Positions 22,754 through 35,185 are shown, counted from the first letter of the whole stretch. The stretch is 62,404 bases of DNA, filler included, from Asterionella formosa (GCA_002256025.1; 8 parts of 8 records of this genome joined end to end with filler, not necessarily neighbours in it); one strand, 5' to 3'. The notes: generated from the sequence alone by a model not told the origin. Numbers and translations: made by a program.

Positions 22754-24145
22754 GCTGAAGGTAAGACATGACTGAGTACAAGTATTCTTGTGTTCGAGGC
22801 TTGGGAGGCGCGAGTAGGTTGACCAAATGAGTGGCATGTGTTGGCTTTTTTCCGCTGCTCTACAACAGTATTGTTTCATTGCTTTCTAATCACAATAAAA
22901 CTTATATTACTTCTTAACAATCTTCTACAATGACAATGACAAGTTGTCAATCACAATGAGCTATCGTGAACTCCGCAAAGCAGCTGGAACATGATGGAAC
23001 TGGGGTTCTGCATTAACTCTTTTTCAACAAGGAAGAGAGGACAGGTATGTGCTTGTTGATTCTTGTTGTCATATTTGAGTTCCTGCCATGGTTGAGTATA
23101 CTAATTATGAAATATATTTCTTTCTCTTCAGAACATTGATGAAGGCACCTGTCATGTTACTCCTCCACTTCCTGATGATGCAACAAATCAGTATCCACTG
23201 GTCAAACCAGCTTGTCCAATGAGGTGAAGTATGCTGCCAGTTGATTGTTGTTTTCACAAGGTATGATATTCACACACTATCATTATTCTTTTTCTTGTTT
23301 CCCAATGCTAGCAAAGCCACTTTTATCAAAACTTGCACCAAGATTGCAAAGTCTCCAGGTTGCAAACAATGTGGGCAACATATCTCACCAGCACCAACAA
23401 CACATCACTCCATTGCTCCCTATCAACCTACTCAAACCTGTCCTCCTCAATTTTCCAAGCCACAAACGCCCACATCAGCCAGTAAATTTTTCAATGCATC
23501 CCACTGGATACTACCAGAAGTCTGCACCGCCAGCACCAAACCTCCACTATCAAGCTTTTGCTCCTCCAACACCTCTGCAAGCACAAGTCCAAATCAATAC
23601 AGAAACCAGCACCGTCTCTAAATTCATTCAGGCATCGGTTTTTGCTCCTCTAGGACCAATCTGAACATTTCTGAAATTTTGTTGCAACAACAAAAAAGTG
23701 TGAGTTGACAATTGTTAATGAAAATGCGTTGACAAATTTTCACACAATTTTTCTGCTGACCCATTTTCTTTTTCACTTTTTATTCTACTCCCTGTTTTTC
23801 ATTGTCATGTCTTACTTTTTGTTTTCCGGTTCATACTTTGGTTTCTTAACAACATTGTGTCGAATTTTCGATGCTTGTTACAATCATTCTTCTGTGACTA
23901 TTTTTCATGCATATACCACTATGTTCGGTTGTCCATGCATTTTTGATGTGTCAAAAAATTTTCCCATGAAAATTCTACTCCTGACATTGCTCGATGGTCC
24001 CTGCTGCTCAAACCTAAAATTGACTGCCACAAAATCCACTATGTCCCATATTGCCCCTAAATAAAAATTACTTAAAGATATAAAAATCACGTAGACTCCC
24101 ACAGTTCTCACCGAAAAGCAAGACGATAGCTAGGGTGGGGATTGC
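22754..24145. mobile_element. Divergent member of the GCTGAAGG / ATATTGCCCCTAAATAAAAATTAC terminal-module family
   Basis: Left GCTGAAGGTAAGACATG and TTCGAGGCTTGGGAGGCGCGAGTAGGTTGACC resemble 3580-3660. Right CCCATATTGCCCCTAAATAAAAATTACTTAA...GCAAGACGATAGCTAGGG matches 28067-28165 and 30155-30250. Confidence 0.6.
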
Positions 24146-24680
24146 TGGTATACATAACAAGGTTTGATAAGTTGGTCGGTGTCTAGTTTAGGGTACCAGG
24201 TACCAGGAGAGGAATTGATATAATTGAGAAGTTTAGCAACGTTTTCTTCATAGTTGTTACCTTCAACTTCCAAAAGGTTTAGCACAAATGATGCTCAAAA
24301 GCGATCGATCCTCCATTTCCAAAAAGTTATCTGAAATGTTTTAATGAAAAAAATGGAGTTAGAGATGAGTAATTATGAATAAAAAGCCATGTTGGTATTT
24401 GATAACATGTGTTGTTGCCAAACTTACTTAATTAATGGAGTTGAATGGACTTTTCCAGCAGGTAGGTAAAGGTGCCATGTGCTTTATCCTTCAACCAAGA
24501 CTGTAACAATAAGATGATAATGATCATCTGGTCAATCAAACCTATAGCTATTCATTCAAACAGAAAATGACATTTTACAGGGGAGGCAACAGATAATCAC
24601 TCCAGATGAAAAGAAACTCAGAGCATAGTAGTCAATCACGCACTTCTGTGATTTCTGAGATGCACTCTTTGGAAACAGGA

Positions 24681-25334
24681 TTACCTATTGTATCTACTGT
24701 AGATGAACCGACCTGTGTACAACAAAATGACAGAAAAATAGCATTGCCTTGCAAGATCGACAAAATTAACTGAATCCGCTCCAAACACCGAAACCAAATA
24801 TTCTAGACCGACTCTAAAGGTAATAAAAGTAGCACACATCAATGCAGTCCTCCAAATCAAGGCCTCGTCGGTTGCGATGCTTGCTTGTTGGAAACCTCGC
24901 CAACTTGAGCCTGCTAGAAGCCATGCAACGCTCAAACCACTGAAACGCGTTATCAATATTCCAAGTGTCGACGGCACAACTGGAACAGACTGACTTAATC
25001 CTCCTTTTTGCCAAAATATAGGATCGTTTAGGACGTCCAGCAAACCCAGAAGCTCGCACGCAATCGCCACAACAACAAGATCTAGAAGTAGAATTCGGGG
25101 TTCGCCAATCTCAATGTAGGTTTCTAGGGAAAAATCTGGATCAGTCGAGTTGTTTTGCCCCGAAGCTCGCAGCAGTATTGATGGGCGTAAATATTGGACA
25201 CGGGAATTATGCCGCGTCCAAGTAATTGAAGCTGAAGTATTTATTCTCAATTTGGTGTTCGAATTTATAAAAAAGGCGAAAGTACATTTGTTCATAGACA
25301 AAATCGCAAAGAAAAGGAGAATTACGTTTCTCAT
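24681..25334 (-). CDS. Hypothetical multi-pass membrane protein with a bipartite plastid-type presequence
   Basis: ORF of ~217 aa from ATG 25334. Signal MRNVILLFFAILSMNKCTFA/FFIN, then an S/T/R-rich transit-like stretch and ~4 hydrophobic segments. Confidence 0.7.
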   Translation of the reverse strand: MRNVILLFFAILSMNKCTFAFFINSNTKLRINTSASITWTRHNSRVQYLRPSILLRASGQNNSTDPDFSLETYIEIGEPRILLLDLVVVAIACELLGLLDVLNDPIFWQKGGLSQSVPVVPSTLGILITRFSGLSVAWLLAGSSWRGFQQASIATDEALIWRTALMCATFITFRVGLEYLVSVFGADSVNFVDLARQCYFSVILLYTGRFIYSRYNR

Positions 25335-25615
25335 TTTCTGCTTCACTTCGTCAGGCGATAATCCTTCTGATGTGGGTTAGCTGTAATGATAAACACTTGT
25401 TTCTCTTCCATTCCTTAAGAACGGACTGCGACCTAAGAATGTATGCTGTAGATACATAAAGTTACTGGGGGGACGAGAGGGATGGTTGGAAGAACTCCCG
25501 TTATTGCAGGTATACGTCAGAGAGGGATATAGAATCTGGAATATAACCAATTCAGCATATACGTTTCAAAATACATGTATATTAAGGCAGCAGAGAGTAC
25601 CGGTACCAATGTTAT

Positions 25616-26021
25616 GGTTGCGGCCCCGCAGCTACACATCGCGAGGTCTGTTGTTCTCCAAAATAATTTTATTTTGGACTTCAATCCACACAGTACGTAC
25701 AACTAAATAAAATAGTTGAAGGTAAAATTAGCTTTCACCAATACGACCACTTTGCATATGCTTAGATACAGTCATTCCTCAACTTAAGGGTATGATCTAT
25801 ATTCAGATATGGTAAGGACCTAATCATTTCTGGAGAGAAGTGGCAGTTATCCCTCTTGGAATTGTAACTATCCAAAAAATAGTCAAAAAAGGGGGCCATC
25901 AAGCTTATTAAAAAATCTATGAGGGATAACTGCCACTTCTCTGCAGAAGTTAAATCCTGATGTTGTTAAGTACACGGCTATCTATTTCATTTTACATGAA
26001 ACCCCGTAGATGTAGAGCAAT
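25616..26021 (-). mobile_element. Copy B (right end) of the GGTTGCGGCCCCG-terminus element, interrupted at ~26015 by a GAGCAATTCCCGCTC terminal module
   Basis: The reverse complement aligns to 18000-18328 and 58770-58900 and extends to terminus CGGGGCCGCAACC. Internal inverted repeat at 25828-25855/25921-25948. Confidence 0.85.
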
Positions 26022-26086
26022 TCCCGCTCCAGCTATCGTCTTGCCATTCGGGTACTTCTAAGTAATTTTTAGTCTCTAAGTAATTT

Positions 26087-26186
26087 NNNNNNNNNNNNNN
26101 NNNNNNNNNNNNNNNNNNNNNNNNNNNNNNTTAATTAATTAANNNNNNNNNNNNNNNNNNNNNNNNNNNNNNNNNNNNNNNNNNNN
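26087..26186. other. Artificial contig spacer N44-TTAATTAATTAA-N44 (also 52274-52373, 53963-54062, 55652-55751, 57341-57440, 59029-59128, 60717-60816)
   Basis: The identical 100-bp spacer with an all-frame stop word occurs 7 times, and the intervening pieces have near-equal lengths. Confidence 0.97.
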
Positions 26187-28171
26187 CGATGACTATGATA
26201 ATGGTTCATTCCTTGATAGTTTAGTAGATCATGATGCTGCTGCTATTAATGGTCCAATCATTCAGAACGGAGAAATAAACGACATTATAAACCCTACCAA
26301 CTTCCGATTTTGCCAAGAAGATCCAGGTACAGCCTACACACAAAAGGATGTTGTAAAAACGGAGCTACTTAGCATTTTACTTGGTAGTAGGTCACCATTA
26401 TATCTTTATGATGCAATTCTTAAATGGCATGTCTCTTCTCAAATGGCAGGAATGACGATTTTAGAAGCTGTTCCTCAACGTCGAAACACATATCTGAAAG
26501 ATCTGTTTACCCGGTTTGAGATGGAAGACCAAAAACCATGTGTTAAGGCAGTCACCCTCCACTGTGGTAGAAGTGTCGACGTTGTTTGCTTTGATTTTCT
26601 TGTTGCAATCAAGAGCTTACTTTCCAATCCCAGATTGATGCATCCCAATAATGTGTCATTTGATTTTTCTGATCCCTGCAAGGCTCCACAACCGTCTGAT
26701 GTCCGTTCAGAATTACACACCGGGAGTTGGTGGATTGACGCTCACAACAGCCTGTGCATTCAACCCAATGATTTTCTTGTCCCTCTCATGTTTTTCATTG
26801 ATAGAACACATACTGTAGAAAATTCTAAATTCACCATGGAGCCATTTTGTTTTCTCTTGGGATTTTCCGTACAACTGTAAGGAACAAAGTCATTGCTTGG
26901 CGCCCCCTTGGTCTAATACCAAAACTTGATGGTCAGAGTCTTGCATTGAACAAAAATATGACTGCCGACAATAAGTGCAAGGATTATCACCAGAATGTTA
27001 AATTGTATCGTTCACATATTGATTGATTTTTACATACTGTATGCCCGATTTCGTCCTCAAAATTATAGTTCTCACTCTATCTTGCCTGCTGGTGTTGCTC
27101 AATTTGGGCTTGCAACGCACAGGAACTTTCGACTTTCTTATGAGCCCATTGTCTGCTGTGTGTTACGCTTGTTAGACCGGATCGGTGAGTACAACAGTGA
27201 AACACTGAATGTGATTGTAGATACAAAATTGTCGAAGCTCAAATTTGATTGCTTCAATGGTCCGTTTTGATCGCTTCCATCGCCGTTTGTCGTTCCACAC
27301 TGTAGTTTTGTCTCGATTGTATCTATCTACATAAAAGCCAATGTATTTATCGATGACTACTCTTTGAAGACATATTGTTGTTGATCGTATTTGTTGATGT
27401 GTATAGTCGTTTACCATGATGTCAATATTGCCGCCAAGCAATGCCTTTCTTGTACTAACGCATTTTGATACATTCATACTACGAGTTCATATCAGAAGCT
27501 ACATGAATACTCAGCTAGAGAGAGTCAATAGTGCTGGTGCAGCGTGTCGATCACGCTTGCTCAGAATGAAATGATCAGGGTTGCTTGTTTGGTGGCCGGA
27601 GGAATGATGACTGTGGCGAAAATACTGCTACTGGTGTCAGGCTACTACAGCGATGCGCATGGTTGCAGCAACCAGACCATTTACACTACATAACGATGCA
27701 GGTCTAAATTGGGTTCAGCGTTTTTTCTTCTTCTTTCGGTTGTTGATTTTGTGGTGATGGAAATTCAATTGCCTGTGTAAGTACTACAATGATTCACAGC
27801 AATGCATACCTCTCCATTGGAACTCTTTATTTTTTATTTCATTTCTAACCCAAATTTTTTTCTATTTCTCATTTGATGCTACTTATTATATTACATCGCA
27901 TTTCATACTTTGGTTGCTCCAAACATCTTGTTCAATTTTCATTGATGTTGCATGTTACAATGATTCTCATGTGTTTTACGCTTGTTGTACCATCTCCATG
28001 CATATTACCGTTATTCTGGTTGTCATGCTAAAAATCGGCAATTTTAATGCCGAAAAATTCGATGTGCCCCATATTGCCCCTAAATAAAAATTACTTAAGA
28101 AATTACTTAGAGCCTAAAAATTACTTAGAAGTACCCGATTGGCAAGATGACAGCTTGAGCAGGAATTGCTC
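26187..28171 (+). mobile_element. Internally deleted Plavaka-type DNA transposon: 5' transposase fragment (26188-26990) fused to a 3' subterminal region and terminus ...GCAGGAATTGCTC
   Basis: Open frame ELLSILLGSRSPLYLYDAILKW...SELHTGSWW...LVPLMFFIDRTH...MEP. 26817-26990 is near-identical to 60817-60990 but carries a 1-nt frameshift. Homology breaks at GGATTATCAC and switches to the repeat shared with 5800-6650. Confidence 0.8.
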
Positions 28172-28979
28172 ATTCATTCTTGCTTTTCTCTTGTTGTCGT
28201 TGCATTCATCTGCTTCTTAGACTGCTGACATTCTTATTATTGCCATGATAAGTAGAAACGTGAAAGAGATGCAACAGTCCCAGGCAAAATCGCTGGTACT
28301 GACTTGACATACTTAATAACATTTGTCAGTCCCTCTACTTGCAGCATCCACGACCACACAAAATGCCGATACTATCAAGAATTAATTTTCGTTTGGTAAA
28401 TGAATTTTTTTACATCTTTCGCTTCAGTTAAATCATTTTATTGTTCAGGTCTCCCATTCTCTCTCAGTCCAAATTAACTCAAGATCACCTCCTAGCGAAG
28501 GGAGGCGAAGCAGGCAAACCTCAAGAAAAAAATCCTCAGAGTGACCAAAACGGGACAGTAATCTATTCACAAATTTTTTACATGCATCCCTGCACCACAG
28601 GGACCAACGAGAGAGTCTGCAGGAGCACCAGGTCTAGATTGGACTCTGACAATTCAAACCAAGTTATCCACTTTCTTTTCAGGTCTGTGGAAAAGGGAAA
28701 GACTGACAAATATTCAGGAACACCGGCACCAATAAGCACCCTAATTTGACTCCCATTCGAGGGAGTGTATCCACCTTCTCCCTGCGTTCCAGCGTCCTTT
28801 GTCACCACATCTTTTGGGGTGATCATGGCCTGATTCTCACTTCGAAATCTAGGCTGGCAACGCCAGGAAGTGCCACACAAGTTGCACTAGTTTTTAAGGT
28901 GCTAAAGTAATGGAGTTATTAATAATTAATTTCACTTTGGGCAGAAAAACCCAATTTTGGAGACTTTGGAAAACTGCAC

Positions 28980-29155
28980 GTATTTCTTGACATTTGCTGA
29001 CATTTCCGCACGCATTTCCTTAAGTTTCCTGAAAGTCATTGTCATTTCCTGAGATTCATAGTAAATTCCTGAAATTCATACTGGTATGAATTTCTTGAAA
29101 GTAATAATCATTTCTTGAAAGTCTAAGTCATGTTTTTTCCCGTTTTACCACTGTA
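28980..29155. repeat. Array of ~9 ATTTC(C/T)TGA words ending at TTTTACCACTG|TA (probable transposon end with subterminal repeats)
   Basis: Repeated words between 28982 and 29120. The reverse complement of the end reads TA|CAGTGGTAAAACGGG. Confidence 0.55.
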
Positions 29156-29499
29156 AGAATCTGGATATTTATTTCGCTGAATTATGATGATAGTAATATT
29201 TGAAGACTTTTTTTGCTTAGATTTGCTTTGCTTGCTGTTGTTTTGCTTTAAGTAGCAATTTTGCTTATTGTCTGAATTATACCGGTATATTGCAAACGTG
29301 TATTAATATAGTTGGTATGTACCCTGGACACTGACCCTTGAAACAGTTAAGGTATATTGGCACCGGTGCCAGTACAAGTCATTGTTCCTCGTCAATATTT
29401 GCGCAACAACTACAACAAATCGCTGATGATTTGACAATAGTGATCATTTCATCTGTCCCTTATTTGTTACTGTAAACTAGTCCAATAGATAGAATCAAA

Positions 29500-29670
29500 T
29501 AGTCGCTAGCGTATTGTAAACGATTTTAATTGTAGCTACTACATTCATTTAGATATAGCAAAAACAGTAAAATAGGAAACCCACAAGTGGGCTCGATGAC
29601 AATGAACGATATCTAGATGCCTCATCGTCGCATTAAAACGCATCTTATTCGTACATATGCGCCGTTCTAC
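29500..29670. repeat. Diverged dispersed repeat; second copy at ~46780-46950
   Basis: Shared co-linear blocks CGCTAG, AAACGA, ATTCATTTAGATATAG, GCTCGA, GTCGCATTA and ATGCGCCGT.CTAC. Confidence 0.7.
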
Positions 29671-29939
29671 AATGCTTCATTGTCTACAAGAGATCAGGCC
29701 CAGCAGGATAAAACTTGATTTATTATTCATTATTTATCTGTTAAGAATAGTTGGATCACAATGTGATTGTCATTGTCACATTGTTGTTCCCACCACCAAG
29801 TCACCGTATCGTACTCAGGATACCTCGTACCTTTTAATTGAGTCCACAATTGCTATGAAAATTGACTAATTCCCATATAGGAATCATACTATTTCATTTG
29901 TAAAAATAGTACCGGTAGTCTAAAAGAAATATTTTGCTG

Positions 29940-30347
29940 TTGTCTTGCCAAAATGCAAACATCATATGAAATATCCAAAAAATATTTTAATGATAGGCAA
30001 TATCAGACCTTAGGCAATTTTTCGAGGTGAAGATAGGAAATATTACAATGATTCTCGTGTGTTTTACGCTTGTTGTACCATCTCCATGCATATTACCGTT
30101 ATTTTGGTTGTCATGCTAAAATCGGCAATTTTATTGCCGAAAAATTCGATGTGCCCCATATTGCCCTTAAATAAAAATTACTTAAGAAATTACTTAGAGC
30201 CTAAAAATTACTTAGAAATACCCGAATGGCAAGACGATAGCTGGAGCGGGAATTGCCTCAACAATACCCTTCTAGGCGGCTACCTGCCTTCTCGTATACA
30301 TGTGTACTCGCAGGCAAGAGACCACCTCGGGCGTGTATTGCCTTCAG
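29940..30347. mobile_element. Mosaic transposon terminus built from three modules seen elsewhere
   Basis: 29940-30043 is the reverse complement of 3838-3938. 30044-30257 is a direct copy of 27956-28170. 30258-30347 is the reverse complement of 3581-3730 lacking its central cassette. Confidence 0.8.
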
Positions 30348-30543
30348 TAATTTGTACTGGATTCGAATTGGTCGTCTCGCCGTCGAGTACTGGTATGTGC
30401 AGGTATATAATCCGGTAATGATAGCCCTACTACCAAGTAACGGTATTGCGATCATAGAGTTCTTCAATCCTCGTCCTCGGAGTGTACGTAATACCTGGAG
30501 CAAATTGTCATGCCACACAAAACATATCAAGGAAGCTGAGACA

Positions 30544-31518
30544 ATGTTCATGCCATCGCCAAAAGATAGGCTGCCTATCATCGATCAAGACCATAGCACC
30601 GCAATGGTTGCATCACTTCGCACCCCTTGCAAGGCACGAGGCGTTCAAGGTCAACAGGTGCACAATGCCAAAAACGCATATATTGATGTCCCGTTCAATG
30701 CTGAACATGGAACTATCCTATCATGCAGTAATGAAGCTTGCCGAAACAGTGGTCGACGCTTTCGATACTGTTCTATTTGCAAGATTCCCGTTGCATTTCG
30801 GAACTTTGGAAAGAGACATTCGCATGGCATTCTCCAGCCACCATCCCTGATTGAGTCAAAGGTTCTGGTTCCTCCAACAGGAATACAGCAGTCTTCTCAA
30901 CCGGTTCATCACCTACAAGATACGTCAAGCGGCACTGTGCGCACGGACGAGAAGAACGCCGCGGGCGATCAATATACCAGCAGCACATTGCACAACATAG
31001 GCGGAAGTATCCCAAATACCATATGGGTCGGGGAAACCGACGACCAGTCCCTTCAGGACCTAGGCTTGGTGAAGATATATGCAACTCCGAGAGAAGTACG
31101 ATGGCTTGCGTTACTTCGTGACCGACCTGCTGACCACGAGTCGGGTGCAATTGAATTCTGGCTAGAAGATATAATGCAGGTCTCGTCAAAAATAATGGCA
31201 AGTACTTGTAGTACCCGGAGTGGCAAAAGGATCAAACGGAGTTTGTCTTGCTGTCGAAATCCAAGTCCTGCTAAGATTAGCAACAAATTACCAATTGAAC
31301 CTACATGTTCGAGAGTGAAGGACGACTCATGTAGCGTCAATGGGTCGGCTTGCTCTGCGGTGAAAGAGTCTTCCATGGTTGCGTCGTCCTGTACTGGAGC
31401 AAAAGTTGATTCTTGCATTAGAGGAAGTATTTTATCGTGCACGGGGAAGAACGATAACTGTTGTGAACATATTGAAGAGTTTGACATGATGGACGTCCAA
31501 GATGAATTGAAGTATTGA
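30544..31518 (+). CDS. Diatom-type uncharacterised Cys/His (putative zinc-binding) protein
   Basis: CKARG..HNAKNAYIDVP...HGTILSCSNEACRNSGRRFRYCSICKIPVAFRNFGKRHSH, plus a downstream WLALLRDRP...WLEDIM motif. The start codon is uncertain; the upstream open frame is transposon sequence. Confidence 0.75.
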   Translation: MFMPSPKDRLPIIDQDHSTAMVASLRTPCKARGVQGQQVHNAKNAYIDVPFNAEHGTILSCSNEACRNSGRRFRYCSICKIPVAFRNFGKRHSHGILQPPSLIESKVLVPPTGIQQSSQPVHHLQDTSSGTVRTDEKNAAGDQYTSSTLHNIGGSIPNTIWVGETDDQSLQDLGLVKIYATPREVRWLALLRDRPADHESGAIEFWLEDIMQVSSKIMASTCSTRSGKRIKRSLSCCRNPSPAKISNKLPIEPTCSRVKDDSCSVNGSACSAVKESSMVASSCTGAKVDSCIRGSILSCTGKNDNCCEHIEEFDMMDVQDELKY

Positions 31519-31807
31519 GACTCTTCGATCTTGTGTGAATGCAACATGTCTCGTGTAACTACCTTGCTGATGCACCTAATGCTCGCCTCTGATGGTACAA
31601 TTGTCAAAATTTAGATCAGGATGTGTGCCTGTTCTGTCACTTGTATCAAACATTTCCTATGCCCCACGTTTGCGCTACTATGTAATTAAAGTTGATAAAA
31701 GTATTATCCTAAAAATTTGGTAAAATAAACAACACATCCTACTTTATTTGAAAGGAACAGCGATGTAAGAGAATCATCGTAACTCGTTTTCCAAAATAAG
31801 CCTTGTA

Positions 31808-32617
31808 TTAATGTTGGAGGAGTTGCTCGTCACTCGAAGCACGACCTTTTCCAACACGATGCGTTCTTGCAAATGGCGATATCCTGGTTCTTGTGAGATC
31901 AACGCTGTCGACCTCATCATCGAAATATCCAAAGACAATGCAGCTTTTCCGCATGCTGCTATCTTCAAGAATATCAAGATTCTCAAAGGAAATGTTATCA
32001 TTGTACAGGTTTTCGATCTCATCTTTAATGTCCCAAATATCATTGTTGTTACAGCCATGCAATCCTTGGGAACGACTGTCGTTGACCTCTTCATCGTCGT
32101 ACCAGCGCTTAAAAGCCTTATAAGCGTCAATGTGCAGGTTCCTGTTTCCTGGATTGTAGGAGCTGTGTCGACGGGGTGCCTTCTTGAGCCTTCCCCCCTG
32201 TGTAGCAACTTCTTCAACGTGAAGAGGTTTCACACTGATATTCGACAAGGGAGTAATGGGGTCTGATACCTGACTTTCCCGCTGCCCATGTAAGTCATCG
32301 TCACCGCTGACCTTCTCTATCTCAAAACTAGAATTGATATTGGTGGTAACGGGAGCGGAACCCACAGGGAATATCTTGTCAACCTCGGGTTCTCTACTAA
32401 TGCTGGTTTGCTTTGTGTCTACGCTCACTTTATCCAGCAATGATTTACAGTTTTGCACACCAAGAAGCAGGGCAGAATTGAGGTGGGTTGTATTTCCCTT
32501 CATTATGGATTGCTTGCAGTTGAAATTTTTATCGACCAAGAAGACTTTCCTATAGGAAGTGAACTTGACAAACTTAACATACTTTCCTTGAATTGGTAAT
32601 GTACAATTATTAATCAT
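31808..32617 (-). CDS. Hypothetical protein
   Basis: 269-aa ORF with an acidic, disordered composition, convergent with the previous gene. No recognised domain; the start may be the second Met (MKGN). Confidence 0.5.
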   Translation of the reverse strand: MINNCTLPIQGKYVKFVKFTSYRKVFLVDKNFNCKQSIMKGNTTHLNSALLLGVQNCKSLLDKVSVDTKQTSISREPEVDKIFPVGSAPVTTNINSSFEIEKVSGDDDLHGQRESQVSDPITPLSNISVKPLHVEEVATQGGRLKKAPRRHSSYNPGNRNLHIDAYKAFKRWYDDEEVNDSRSQGLHGCNNNDIWDIKDEIENLYNDNISFENLDILEDSSMRKSCIVFGYFDDEVDSVDLTRTRISPFARTHRVGKGRASSDEQLLQH

Positions 32618-33627
32618 TCGTTTTCTCTACCGGTCAAATCGTTTTCTATTTTGTCACGAAGTCAGATTCCACCTCGTTCAACATCGTTTCTTTTGGTCTA
32701 AGCTACCAGGGTACCTGGTACCCGGTAAGCAAGAAGTGATGATTAGGTATGTTTATACCCAGTTAACCCTGGAAAGATACACGTACCGGCTTAAATAGTA
32801 CCAGATACCGGAATGATATGCATATATGACTTGCATGGCTGTACCTGTACATGGTAGTACGAGTACAGAGTTTCAAATTGTTCTCTAAGTGATTCTATGT
32901 TCTTGTTAAATACTAAAGAAATGTCTTGCTGACCACAAGAGTCACTACCGACACACTACGCTGTGAATCAGCGCCATGCTTGCTAATTACGTCGCACTAT
33001 TTGCTCCCTGAATAGGTACATATGTTAGGGTCTACAAGGTGCAATGTTGCATACCGGTATGTATGGAGCCATACATACCTGCTTACTTGGTGACCGGTAC
33101 CAGGTACCGGTACCGGTGCCGGTGTACCAGCGCACAGTACCAGTAATGGTCCCTAGTACCAGGTACCAGGTACCTGGTACCAGGTTAATACCGGTATACA
33201 AATGTAAATTGTACCATATGCGACAGATAGCTACTACTTTGGCAATGGTATGGTGTGGTATTTACCAGTACGTGCTGGTTCCGTTACAGTTTGGATTAAA
33301 ATCCAACTGTAAAAGAACGGATGTATACATATGGACAAGGAATATCAGAATGTGTCGTTTCTAGCCTACCGGTATTCCAATTCGAAGTAGTACCTGCTGC
33401 CTTGCCCATGTCCACCTACGATGTCCGCATAAATAATGCCGGTAGATTACTCTATTGAACACGTAATAATGTTCCTAAATCAAAAAAAAGTACTCTGTTC
33501 TTCTTAAAGGAAATTATCAGGTACCGTATCTTGCAGAAATCGATTTCAACGAATTTACGATACAAAATGTGTTAGTATTAATATTTATGACCTCAACTGC
33601 TGGTAGACGACCGCATGCGGCACTGGT

Positions 33628-33673
33628 TTTGTTTCGAACGAGTCCCTTGCTTTGTTTCGAACGAGTCCCTTGC
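33628..33673. repeat. Perfect 23-bp tandem duplication
   Basis: TTTGTTTCGAACGAGTCCCTTGC x2. Confidence 0.9.
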
Positions 33674-34890
33674 TAATCGGACAGCCAATAAACGAAGCAA
33701 GTCTTCGATATTTTGCCTTTAAAATCTTTAACATAAAGTCGAACACGAAAAAATGCGCGAAGTATTTGCTTTTGCATACATGTCTCCCTGTGCAGTCATT
33801 TTAGCCAACAGGCCTCCTTTATATCAGGGCCAGACGAATCGGTTCGACATGAATGGTCGTCGGACATACTAGCACCGAAGTACCAGTCGAGGGGTCATTC
33901 TAGAATATATGAATTCTTTTATTTATTTATTATTTGGCGGCATGTATGTCATATGGCTGGGTGCAGCCTGAACCTACATTACGCTGCCACTGTAAGATAG
34001 CTATTAGTACAACATTTTTAGCTAAGTAAAATTTTGTACATAAATAACATACATATGGATAAATTTTATTTATACGTTTGAATAATTTTACCATCCAATC
34101 TTGTTGTTGTCCTGGTTTAGTTCATTCATGATGAACTTGAAATCGAAGTCCATTGCACAGCCTTGATTGTGAAATTGTTGTAGTAGCTTCATTGTAAATA
34201 ATATAGGACCATATTTGAGGCACTCCTAAACAGTTTCAGCTCCAGTTAATCCAAGAGCTTGTTGTGCATGTAGCTAGGCGTGGATTTGCCATGCTCAACA
34301 CTAAATACTAGGTCATAGATAAACCAAATCCTGTGTTCCCATGCTGCTTGATGCGTTTACTGGTACCAGGTAGCACTTCTCATGTCGGAGATAATGATGA
34401 ATCATGCAGTGTGAGGTTTTTCTGTTGTTGAGTAAACCAACAGAACAATACTCACAATGTCAACGTGATTAGAACAAGGGTTTAAGGCGCAAAATATTAT
34501 CTACATTAGGCCCAGGGTTTTTGCTAGTACTAGGCCTATAGCAGGGTCTACCTGGTAGCCCCTAAAATTGCAGACAGCCATATTTAACCCCATTCATAAA
34601 AACTATCAAAACATTGTAAGGTTGCAGAATGTTATTGATGCTTTTATTTGAAATATTAAAGAAAAAATCGTTGTAAATGTGAATTCCTTTTTAAATTAAA
34701 TTGGCCTCCCTGATGAAAATACTACAAAATTACTGGTAGAAGACCTGATGTGTATCCAAGGACAATTTGACATCAGTGGAAGTGGGGAACATAACAAAGG
34801 AATTGTTTCCTAGTATGGGTTAGAATCTATGCATGTAAAGAATAGAAACCACCCAAGGGAAGGAGTACAAATCTTTTTAACAGAAATGAA

Positions 34891-35185
34891 GGTTTCGGCC
34901 CTCGCTTAACCCTAGTTTGGATTAAAACCTTGCTAGAGTTGTAAAGTTGGCATGGAACAAGAGTTTGTTTATGTGAATTCCTATTATTTGAGTGTCCATT
35001 TGAATATTGAAATTGAATAGTAGATAATTGGCACCAGATTGACAGAGTTCCATTTCAAATAAACAAAAATGGTATTTACACATTTATATTATAACTTCGT
35101 TCGTGTATGTAGAGATTTCTTAATGACTCCACGCCAAAATACATGTATTCACCCTGAGTATACTGGTTTTTATAATCATGGTTCT
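34891..35185 (+). mobile_element. Copy C (left end) of the GGTTGCGGCCCCG-terminus family, adjoining the Crypton remnant
   Basis: GGTTTCGGCCCTCGCTTAACCCTAGTTTGG...GAGTGTCCATTTGAATATT...CCAGATTGACAGAGTTCCATTTCAAA matches 17260-17440. Confidence 0.8.

Noticed and set aside
26131..26142. TTAATTAATTAA as a biological motif
   Set aside because: It is always centred in 44-N flanks, so it is an assembly linker.
26015..28171. One complete element from the 26015 terminus to the 28171 terminus
   Set aside because: An artificial spacer between size-sorted contigs lies in between, and the right flank does not resume the host sequence of the left end.
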